DNA of 64,000 bases from IMG/VR virus record IMGVR_UViG_3300022555_000032, positions 21,428-85,427 of that record. One strand, written 5' to 3'. This stretch comes from a virus (lineage: Duplodnaviria; Caudoviricetes). A program made the translations under genes and the position numbers. The notes under the pieces are model-generated. The model saw only the letters and a program-made list of their open reading frames with translations, was not told the DNA's origin and did no database searches. Of the stretch, positions 26,552 to 34,814 are shown one piece after another. Position 1 is the first letter of the stretch, and every line of letters begins with the position of its first letter.

Positions 26552-27541
26552 ATGCAAAGAGAAATTAGTAAACAAGAGGTGATCTTCATGTTAGACAGAT
26601 TATCACAAGTTAAAGAAGTTGAGAGCACTCAGTTCAACTATGCCGTTAATAGGAGTATTGATTTCATTTCTCCTATAGTAACCAGGATGAAAAAGTCTCT
26701 TAATTATACTCCTGAGATGCAGAAGTATACCGAAGACAAAGGCAAGATCGTTGCCAAGTACTTCAAAGAGAAAGATCATGTCCTGACAGACGAAGAGCAG
26801 ATTCAACTCAGAGAAGAGATTGAAGAATACGCAAAGAATAATGAAGACGTATATCGTGGCCGGATCAGACAGGTCAACAGTTATCATCAACAGTTAAGAG
26901 AGAAGATCGATATTACCTTCCATGGTCTTCCTTTTTCTTCTACACATATCCCAGAGAACATTTCCATTGCCAATCTTTTCAATGCAGCTTATATCCTTGA
27001 CTGGAAAACATGGATGAAAACAATCCGTCCTGATGCTCCTATACAGGTGGAACCAGCTACATGCATGAATGTCTTTAAGATCATTCCGGTACTTATCAAT
27101 GTGTTTGTTTCCAATCCTGAACAACAGCATGTGTTCAATATTAAAATGGCCTATAACCTCTTCTCCATGTACCAGGAGATGGTTAAGATCATCATCTCTC
27201 CCGAGTATACTAAATGGATGGCAGAATACGATTCGAAAAGAGTTGAACTATCTGAAAGGTTTGCAGCAAAGGATATCTACGGTGATCCACAGATGGACAA
27301 GAACGAGTTTGTCATTGAGGACCAGGCCGGATTTAACGAGGCTATAAGCGCTCTTTCCGAAGAAGTAAAGGAGACTATCGATGCAAAGAATAAGTTGCTG
27401 GAAACGCCTATAAACATCAATGTCTATCAATTTAGTCTTGACATGTTTCCGAACAATCTTACAACGGAAGTCATGGCTGAACTTACACGATTCATAAAGT
27501 TTGAAGAAGAAGAGACTCCAGTAGGACCAGGTAACGAGTAA
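26552..27541 (+). CDS. Hypothetical protein with internal two-fold repeat
   Basis: Halves end KIDITFH..F....PENIS and PININVYQF....PNNLT. Confidence 0.75.
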   Translation: MQREISKQEVIFMLDRLSQVKEVESTQFNYAVNRSIDFISPIVTRMKKSLNYTPEMQKYTEDKGKIVAKYFKEKDHVLTDEEQIQLREEIEEYAKNNEDVYRGRIRQVNSYHQQLREKIDITFHGLPFSSTHIPENISIANLFNAAYILDWKTWMKTIRPDAPIQVEPATCMNVFKIIPVLINVFVSNPEQQHVFNIKMAYNLFSMYQEMVKIIISPEYTKWMAEYDSKRVELSERFAAKDIYGDPQMDKNEFVIEDQAGFNEAISALSEEVKETIDAKNKLLETPININVYQFSLDMFPNNLTTEVMAELTRFIKFEEEETPVGPGNE

Positions 27542-27567
27542 TTAATAATAATCTAAAATTAACGAAA

Positions 27568-28158
27568 ATGAAAAAGTATCTTTTTATCTTAATCGGTTTA
27601 TTCATCACCCTTGCTTCCTTTAGCCAGGGATCAGGTTCGCTTGGAGATCCACATCGAAGAACATCAAGGGTTAGTACAGATCCAATAGAAGGAACTACAC
27701 TTACACTAACCGGAACTGCAGTAATAGGATCTACAATAACATTTCCTACACCTTTTATCCTTGGCGCTACAGCAGTAACAACTACCGGAACTAAATTCAA
27801 CTATCTTACATCGGCAACTGGAACTACCGGAACTGCAACAACTAATATCGTATTCTCAACAAGTCCAACCATTACAACTCCTACATTTATAACTAATCTA
27901 ACCTTACCTAATACTAAGACCATTACTAAAACAACTGGCAATGGAAATAGCTCTACAATAGATGGATCTTTAGCAGTAGGAGATACTATAACTGGCAATT
28001 CTATAAAAACAAATGCCAAACTAAGATTTGCAGCTATTACAGATACGACCATTAAAAGTATTGGACTATCGGTTATAGGTACAGTATTATATTTCTGTAA
28101 TGGAACCTATTATTATCCTGTAGTATTTTCAAAAAATGGTGCAACATTTACACGATAA
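27568..28158 (+). CDS. Thr-rich fibre-like protein with Sec signal peptide
   Basis: MKKYLFILIGLFITLASFS|Q; TGTTGTATTNIVFSTSPTITTPT. Confidence 0.7.
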   Translation: MKKYLFILIGLFITLASFSQGSGSLGDPHRRTSRVSTDPIEGTTLTLTGTAVIGSTITFPTPFILGATAVTTTGTKFNYLTSATGTTGTATTNIVFSTSPTITTPTFITNLTLPNTKTITKTTGNGNSSTIDGSLAVGDTITGNSIKTNAKLRFAAITDTTIKSIGLSVIGTVLYFCNGTYYYPVVFSKNGATFTR

Positions 28159-28161
28159 ACT

Positions 28162-28656
28162 ATGAAAAAGATACTTTTAATTTTCGTCTTGACAACGATC
28201 TCCCTTCTGACTTTTGCTCAGAGGGGAGTATTCGTTACTAATCTCCCAGAGATAGGATCATCTACTGTTAACTACGATAGTCTTCGTAATGCTATCAATA
28301 GAACAAATACATTAGTAACTATTCTTAGTATCAAGATGGATAGTCTTAAGGCTGCACAGAATAGAACTACTGCCTGGTCTACACTACTTGAAAAGAAAGT
28401 TGATACCACCTATAGGCTTCAATTTGGACTTAATGGAGGTGTCTTTGTAAATGATGCTAATGTTCATAATGGACAGTTTAATGGAATACAAGTTATCGCA
28501 GATGCTATATTAGCAACTGTAACTGCTGATCTTGCAAGTCCATTAACTGGAACTATAACTGGCATAACTCTTCCTGCAGGTATGTGGATACCTATTCAAT
28601 GCACGACAGTAACATTAACAAGTGGCAAGGTATATCTCCCATTAAGAATTAAGTAA
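28162..28656 (+). CDS. Coiled-coil + beta-domain protein with Sec signal peptide
   Basis: MKKILLIFVLTTISLLTFA|Q; heptad region; GITLPAGMWIP...VTL.SG C-domain. Confidence 0.7.
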   Translation: MKKILLIFVLTTISLLTFAQRGVFVTNLPEIGSSTVNYDSLRNAINRTNTLVTILSIKMDSLKAAQNRTTAWSTLLEKKVDTTYRLQFGLNGGVFVNDANVHNGQFNGIQVIADAILATVTADLASPLTGTITGITLPAGMWIPIQCTTVTLTSGKVYLPLRIK

Positions 28657-31253
28657 TGAAAAGGATCATTCTTTTACTGCTCATAATTTCTCCTATTTGG
28701 TCCTTTGCTCAGTTAGGATTGGGGATAGGGATAGGTCGGGGATCATCTTCAACACCTATTTCTAATCCTATCCAATACTTTGACGGAACAATCGCTAAAT
28801 CCGGCAACCTTTACTATTTAAAGGATAAAATAGGTACAAGAGATGCACTATTAATGGATGCTCCTTGTCTTAATATTCCGGCTTCATCAACCTATTATGC
28901 GGATTTAGGTAATACTGTCTATCCTACCAATACAAATGATTTCTTGATTGTGGCAAATGATTCAGTAACATTTGAATACGAGTTCATTTTACCTATCACT
29001 AATCCCAATGTTTATCAGGCTATGTATAATAATGGAGGTACGGCTAATGGAGACAAGGGCATAAGGATAAGGATGGGGGATGATAGACATATAACAATAG
29101 GAATAAGTGATGGCGTTGTAAAACAAGAAATAAGGTGCGCAACTGTCAATACTGCCGGATATAATAAGGTTTCCATAACATTAGGACTTGTTGGTAAGAC
29201 CTGTACATTTGTTGTTAATGGAACAACAACAAAACAGAATATAACGTCAAATGCTAATATTCCCGCAAATACAGCAATAAAATTATTTTACTATGGTTCA
29301 GGATCAACATATTCATTGATAAGTAGTTTCATACGATTCAAATTTTATAGAAATAATGTTGCTCTACATGAGTGGTATTTTAATGACGGAATGAAAACTA
29401 TTTTGGAGTACAACGAGCATTATGTTATTCCTGATTTAATTGGAACATTTAATTTATATTTACGTAAGCCAACTACTTCAACTTTCGGAGGATCACCCTT
29501 TACAGCAGTTCAAAACTCTGACTTTTATTTACAAGAACAAGGATATACAGTATATTCAAGGGTTCAGAATCCTGATGAAATATACATCTGCCCAAAAAGA
29601 AGGGATGCAACTGTTACTACACAGATTGGCGTTGGATATTCACGTTTTGTTTCTACGCAATCAATATCATCAACTGAATTTGGTTATCATGCTTGGAAAA
29701 CAATAGACTTTAATCCAGCAGATAGTGTAAGTTCATTTTATGATTATTGGGATACTTCTAACTCATTATTTTGGACTGCTGCTGCCCGTAGTGATGGTAA
29801 TTATCATGGAGGTACGGCAGGTAATAAATGGCAAGTTGATAGATCGTGGCTCAATAAAACAACTTTAGATGCCTATACTGTTAAGGGGAATATTCATGCA
29901 AAAAGATCATTCCTTAATTTTAACGATGTTTCTTTGACTTATTGTACCAAGTTAACAAGCATCAGAACTTATTCATCTAATTATACAAGACCTGTTGTAG
30001 ATGAATATTTAACAACAAGAAAGAATAATCTATATTTTACCCGACCCCTTATGGCAGGGGGAACTCCGGGATATTTGGTTGCGGTAAAAGATAATAAATA
30101 TCTATGCCTTGCTGGAAATAATCTATATTATTCTTCTGATTATGGGGTGACATACGGATCTCCGGTTAATATTTCAACAACTACTGGGATAACACTTTTA
30201 CAAAAGGATAGGTATTTTATAACCCCCACTGGAACTATTCTGTTTGTTCCAGATGGTAATAAAAAGGTATTTCGCTCAACTGATAATAATATAAATTGGA
30301 CTGAATCCACTTATCAATTATATTATAGAGGAACAGATACCATTTTTAAACATCGGACTAATCCAGCATATCCGGGAACATTTTTCAGACCAATGGACGG
30401 ATTTTATATTAATCCGGCAAGTGGTTCTAATCCTCAAATTATACTGATTGGTAATTATGGTTGTTCTGTCACTGGGGCTGCTCCAGCAATAGTATGGTAC
30501 TCAATAGATGATGGTGCATCTTGGAAGGTTGCTTATGCCTTTGGTCAAGCACTTCAATATAGAGATGATGGTACAGCAGAAGGAGGTGTTACAGGAACAT
30601 TATTAGGAGATGCAACCAATCCAATAACAGTAAGACACATTTATGCAATCAATATGAATCCTTATGATGGCACATTTTGGGTGTTCACAGGAGACGGGGG
30701 CTACAAAAATCAATGGATGCGAGGTACTTATAATTATGTTGCAGACACATGGAGTTGGGAGAAAATGAAAGATTCATCTAATGATGCTAATGAAGATTTC
30801 AGAATCATTCGTGCCACTTTTAAAGATGCAAACACGATGATTATTCCCGAAGATGCGGGAATATTTACATCTGGTTATGTGATGTATCAGGTTCCTATTT
30901 CAACATTAAATCAAACTAATACATGGACGGGGTTAGCTACTCCTTATCATAATAAATCTATCTATTGGCTTAGATGTTGGGATAATGGCAAAGTGTTGAT
31001 AGTATTCGATTATGATGCTTCATATACTGCTAAAATATATTATTCATTAGATTGGGGAACAACATGGAGCAGTACAGATAATCCAGTATATGAAAATTAC
31101 AGAGGACTTACAAGTGCGGGTTATATTCCAACAAAATTAAGATTTGACTTTGTATTTGATTACCCTGATAGCAAGGGCAAGATGCTTAGTCCATTTCCAG
31201 ATTATACAGGAAACGGATTGTTTTATTTACATTCTGGAGATATAACTCCTTAG
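28656..31253 (+). CDS. Receptor-binding/depolymerase-like protein (LamG-like + BNR/Asp-box propeller) with signal peptide
   Basis: MKRIILLLLIISPIWSFA|Q; Asp-boxes YSSDYGVTY, RSTDNNINW, YSIDDGASW, YSLDWGTTW. Confidence 0.65.
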   Translation: MKRIILLLLIISPIWSFAQLGLGIGIGRGSSSTPISNPIQYFDGTIAKSGNLYYLKDKIGTRDALLMDAPCLNIPASSTYYADLGNTVYPTNTNDFLIVANDSVTFEYEFILPITNPNVYQAMYNNGGTANGDKGIRIRMGDDRHITIGISDGVVKQEIRCATVNTAGYNKVSITLGLVGKTCTFVVNGTTTKQNITSNANIPANTAIKLFYYGSGSTYSLISSFIRFKFYRNNVALHEWYFNDGMKTILEYNEHYVIPDLIGTFNLYLRKPTTSTFGGSPFTAVQNSDFYLQEQGYTVYSRVQNPDEIYICPKRRDATVTTQIGVGYSRFVSTQSISSTEFGYHAWKTIDFNPADSVSSFYDYWDTSNSLFWTAAARSDGNYHGGTAGNKWQVDRSWLNKTTLDAYTVKGNIHAKRSFLNFNDVSLTYCTKLTSIRTYSSNYTRPVVDEYLTTRKNNLYFTRPLMAGGTPGYLVAVKDNKYLCLAGNNLYYSSDYGVTYGSPVNISTTTGITLLQKDRYFITPTGTILFVPDGNKKVFRSTDNNINWTESTYQLYYRGTDTIFKHRTNPAYPGTFFRPMDGFYINPASGSNPQIILIGNYGCSVTGAAPAIVWYSIDDGASWKVAYAFGQALQYRDDGTAEGGVTGTLLGDATNPITVRHIYAINMNPYDGTFWVFTGDGGYKNQWMRGTYNYVADTWSWEKMKDSSNDANEDFRIIRATFKDANTMIIPEDAGIFTSGYVMYQVPISTLNQTNTWTGLATPYHNKSIYWLRCWDNGKVLIVFDYDASYTAKIYYSLDWGTTWSSTDNPVYENYRGLTSAGYIPTKLRFDFVFDYPDSKGKMLSPFPDYTGNGLFYLHSGDITP

Positions 31254-31284
31254 ATAGCGATAAAGAATATTAAAACAATAAGGA

Positions 31285-31842
31285 ATGTTAAATCTTCAAA
31301 TAGAAAGATACCGTAATGACCTTCAATCTTCGATAGGCCGTTTAATAATTGACGGTAATCTATTTATTTCAACTCTTGAACCACCAGTTGGTAAAGTCAA
31401 TGATCGTGGCATTCAATCAATATCAGAAGGGACCTATAAACTGGTTCCTTATTTTTCTTATAAGTTTCAATGTATTGTTCCTTTGCTTACAACCGATCTT
31501 CATAACCTGGATACTCTTAAGGATGATGAAGACATTTCTAAGCATTGTTATGAGATCCATTGGGGCAACTCACATCACGATACCGACAGGTGCATACTAT
31601 TAGGCAAGCTCGATCATGTTGACTGGATCGTAGATAGTAAATATTGGTTTAAGCAATTCATGTACGGATACTTCTTAAAAGCTACTACCAGGAAATCAGT
31701 AGAGTTACTTAATAAATACTTCGAGAGTTTACAGGGAAAAGAATCAAGTGAGATGTCTAATCTACAGTGGGAAACTGTTTCTAATGAAGATTATGCTAGA
31801 GAGGACCAAGATGTTATTCTTACTATCATAAATTCATTTTAA
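31285..31842 (+). CDS. DUF5675-family endolysin (putative L-Ala-D-Glu peptidase)
   Basis: SIGRL.IDG....TLEP...I.EGTY...YFS.KF...P.L...EIHWGN...DT..CILLG; precedes holin. Confidence 0.8.
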   Translation: MLNLQIERYRNDLQSSIGRLIIDGNLFISTLEPPVGKVNDRGIQSISEGTYKLVPYFSYKFQCIVPLLTTDLHNLDTLKDDEDISKHCYEIHWGNSHHDTDRCILLGKLDHVDWIVDSKYWFKQFMYGYFLKATTRKSVELLNKYFESLQGKESSEMSNLQWETVSNEDYAREDQDVILTIINSF

Positions 31843-31853
31843 CACTTCGCATT

Positions 31854-32123
31854 ATGAAAAAGGCATTAATATGGTTATCTACTATTGTTTGCGACCAAGC
31901 TGGACAGATATCCAGTAAGCGATTAGGATTCTACTGGTGTCTATGGATGCTGTCAAGGGCCGTATCATCACCTACGATCAACGAAATTGTTATCTGGGCC
32001 ATAGTTGGTCTTGCGTTTGGTTTAGCCGGTCTAACGATCCCTGAATGGTTTTCTCAGAAGGGTATCAATGGAACCACTACTACAATGAAGGCAAGTTCTA
32101 CCGAGACTACTACAATTAAGTAA
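31854..32123 (+). CDS. Putative holin
   Basis: SSKRL motif, two hydrophobic segments, lysis cassette. Confidence 0.65.
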   Translation: MKKALIWLSTIVCDQAGQISSKRLGFYWCLWMLSRAVSSPTINEIVIWAIVGLAFGLAGLTIPEWFSQKGINGTTTTMKASSTETTTIK

Positions 32124-32145
32124 CAATCCTATAAATCCTGCAACT

Positions 32146-32601
32146 ATGACAAAGACTAAGGAAGATTCAATCGTTAGGGCTATACGATATCTACATTCTA
32201 CTAAATTTAAGACAGCATTCTTTTGGATTATTGTTTCTACTATTTTTTCGTTACTTGGAACATTAACAGTATTATCCATTAAGAATAATGCAAACGGAGA
32301 GGCAAGAGAACGAGTACTTGATATTACCTTATCAAAGATTAACGAAATAGATAAGAAGTTAGATAATAAGGCAGATGCTTCAACTAATTCAGAAGATCAT
32401 AAAGAGATACTTAATGTTTTAAAAGACTTCCAATGTTCTCTTAATGATGTTAAGTTAGGGGTTAATAAACTTAATTGGATACATCATCTTGAGTCAATTT
32501 CAAGATATGAGAATAGAGTTTATTGCCAACCTCCATTTCAAATATCAACACCATATAGTTTTAATAATAAAAACGAACAATATTTAGAACAAGGACCATG
32601 A
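32146..32601 (+). CDS. Membrane protein with coiled coil (lysis-associated)
   Basis: One TM helix then coiled coil. Confidence 0.6.
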   Translation: MTKTKEDSIVRAIRYLHSTKFKTAFFWIIVSTIFSLLGTLTVLSIKNNANGEARERVLDITLSKINEIDKKLDNKADASTNSEDHKEILNVLKDFQCSLNDVKLGVNKLNWIHHLESISRYENRVYCQPPFQISTPYSFNNKNEQYLEQGP

Positions 32602-33131
32602 AAAGAAGCGTTATAGGATCGATTATGTTTGTACTGGCACTATGTGTCATTTTTAGTTGTAGGCCCTCTCAGAAACTTTGTAATAAGTGTTATCCTCCAA
32701 AAGAAAGCATAAGAGACTCCATCGATCATTCAGTAGAATGGATAAAGCATGATTCATCAACAACCATTCCAGGAGACTCAGCCTGGTATAAACTTTGGAT
32801 CGATTGTCAGAAAGACAAAGATGGTAATTGGAAACCAGTCATTATCAATCAACAAGGACAACAAGGAAAGAACATTGAGATACAAACTGAATACGAGAAC
32901 AGTATCTTCTATGTTACTGCCAAGATCGATTCGCTAAAAGTATTCTGGTCTTATTGGGATAAATATGTTAAAGACTCTCATTTTAAGTATGTAGTCAAAA
33001 GTGAACAAGTAGTATACATTCCATGGTATATCAAAGCACTTGCCTTCATAGGAGGGATCGTATTAGGCATTGCCGTTATCTATTATGCATGGAAGTGTAT
33101 AAAGTTCTATCTTCTTAAAAAACCATTTTAA
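32598..33131 (+). CDS. Putative unimolecular spanin
   Basis: N-terminal lipobox IFSC and C-terminal TM helix IPWYIKALAFIGGIVLGIAVIYYAW. Confidence 0.65.
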   Translation: MKRSVIGSIMFVLALCVIFSCRPSQKLCNKCYPPKESIRDSIDHSVEWIKHDSSTTIPGDSAWYKLWIDCQKDKDGNWKPVIINQQGQQGKNIEIQTEYENSIFYVTAKIDSLKVFWSYWDKYVKDSHFKYVVKSEQVVYIPWYIKALAFIGGIVLGIAVIYYAWKCIKFYLLKKPF

Positions 33132-33141
33132 TATCAGTATC

Positions 33142-33204
33142 ATGGGAAAATGTGGTGGTGACAAGCCAAAGCCTAAAGGACCAAAAAAAGGACCTAAAAA
33201 GTAA
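33142..33204 (+). CDS. 20 aa basic micropeptide (not in ORF track)
   Basis: MGKCGGDKPKPKGPKKGPKK; fills gap between spanin stop and TerS ATG. Confidence 0.55.
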   Translation: MGKCGGDKPKPKGPKKGPKK

Positions 33205-33208
33205 AGAG

Positions 33209-33793
33209 ATGTTTATTTACTATGATGATAACCAGGGAGTACAAATCCTACCAGAAGCAATGAAGTTTGCTGAAGTGGACGAATTATATAAATCAGACCG
33301 CACCACGAATAAGACATCATGGAAGCGCTGGCTGACGTATATATATTACACTTACAAAAAGGATGGAATACTCTCTGGTGATCTCATGTCTCAGAAAAGG
33401 AAGGAAGTAATCAATCGTTTCTTTCCAGATAGTAACGTAGAGTTCTTCGAAAAGAATCCAAAGGTTACTGCAGTCATAAAGTTGTTCATCAGAAAGCAAT
33501 ACACGCTCAAGGAGAGGCTTTATGAGAAATGGAAGGAAGATGTTGATGCTTACATTACCTATCTCACTGAGGTACCCTATTTCAAAGAGAAACTTATATC
33601 TGTACCTGGACAGGATGGACAACCTGATGGACAAACCATTGAGAAGATCCCAAACATAGACGAAAAGAAAAAGGCTCAACAAGCTATTCAGGATCTTGTT
33701 GAAACCGGAAAGAAACTAGAACAAAGTATTCTTCAGGAGAAGAAAGAGAATAAGGGTAATATTGATCCTCTATTTGACAACGATGGCAAATAA
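33209..33793 (+). CDS. Putative terminase small subunit
   Basis: Helical crAss-type protein upstream of terL; start moved to MFIYY. Confidence 0.55.
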   Translation: MFIYYDDNQGVQILPEAMKFAEVDELYKSDRTTNKTSWKRWLTYIYYTYKKDGILSGDLMSQKRKEVINRFFPDSNVEFFEKNPKVTAVIKLFIRKQYTLKERLYEKWKEDVDAYITYLTEVPYFKEKLISVPGQDGQPDGQTIEKIPNIDEKKKAQQAIQDLVETGKKLEQSILQEKKENKGNIDPLFDNDGK

Positions 33794-34814
33794 TGGCGCT
33801 ACTCTTTTACCAAGTTCTACAACACCTAAGATGGTTGGTAATCCTATCTATGATAAGTTCGTAGTTAAGAATACTGAGCCAATGGGAACAAGGTTAGAAC
33901 CTAGTGAAGAAAGAGATTATAGGAAGTGGATGGAGAAGATTGGTCATACCTATGAAAACGGAATGAATGTTTCTCCTGTAGGTTACAATGGACTTGACTA
34001 TGATTATCGTGGATATTATAAAGAACATGGTCCGGTTGACATGCAGAAAGGCGAACACTTTACTGATACATACAAATATCCAAATCATCCCACCTTCAGT
34101 ATTGAAAGTAAGTATGTAAATTTTCAAAATATTTCTCAGGCCGGCAGATGGGAAGGAGAACAGTATATTCATGCCAATGGTTATAACAAGCCAGAGGAAG
34201 AACAACCAATCAGTTTAAAGGATACCAGAATTATCAATCCAGTATCAGGACAACCGCTTAAAAGTACTCACAATAGATCATTAGACGTAAATCCAACTAT
34301 GCTTAAGACTCTTGTTAATGTCTCTAAAATAGGTGGAGTTGATCCCTGGCGGTCTTTAGCAACAGCATGGCAAGAGACTAATTTTGGAAAAGCTGATGGA
34401 AACGTAGGACATGTCAATATAGATCCTGGTAAGTTTTCTGATCAATTATCAGTAGATCCTTCAAAACACGAAGATGGTTCTCAGTATAACAGTATCATTT
34501 CTCTTGTAGATGCTATTAAACAAAAGAATGCGTATGCTAAACAGATTGCATTAAAGAAAAAGTTAGTTCCCGGGTCTCCTGGTTATTCTGATTTCGAAAC
34601 GCAGATCTATAATGGAATGTCCAATATAGGAGTCAATACCGAAAAGACTTACCACAATAGAACAGGCAGATCAACAAATTCATTCTATGGAGTAGAAGTA
34701 AAGAACAAACCGATGAATACCGCTACTCTTCTTCCATATGCCAAGACCATAAATTCACTTATAGGTGAATTAAAAAAGAATCCAGATATTGTTAAGATAG
34801 TTGAAGGAAAATGA
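33783..34814 (+). CDS. Virion-associated protein with putative lysozyme-like domain
   Basis: HFTDTYKYPNHPTFS..SKY N-domain; ATAWQETNFG C-domain. Confidence 0.5.
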   Translation: MANNGATLLPSSTTPKMVGNPIYDKFVVKNTEPMGTRLEPSEERDYRKWMEKIGHTYENGMNVSPVGYNGLDYDYRGYYKEHGPVDMQKGEHFTDTYKYPNHPTFSIESKYVNFQNISQAGRWEGEQYIHANGYNKPEEEQPISLKDTRIINPVSGQPLKSTHNRSLDVNPTMLKTLVNVSKIGGVDPWRSLATAWQETNFGKADGNVGHVNIDPGKFSDQLSVDPSKHEDGSQYNSIISLVDAIKQKNAYAKQIALKKKLVPGSPGYSDFETQIYNGMSNIGVNTEKTYHNRTGRSTNSFYGVEVKNKPMNTATLLPYAKTINSLIGELKKNPDIVKIVEGK

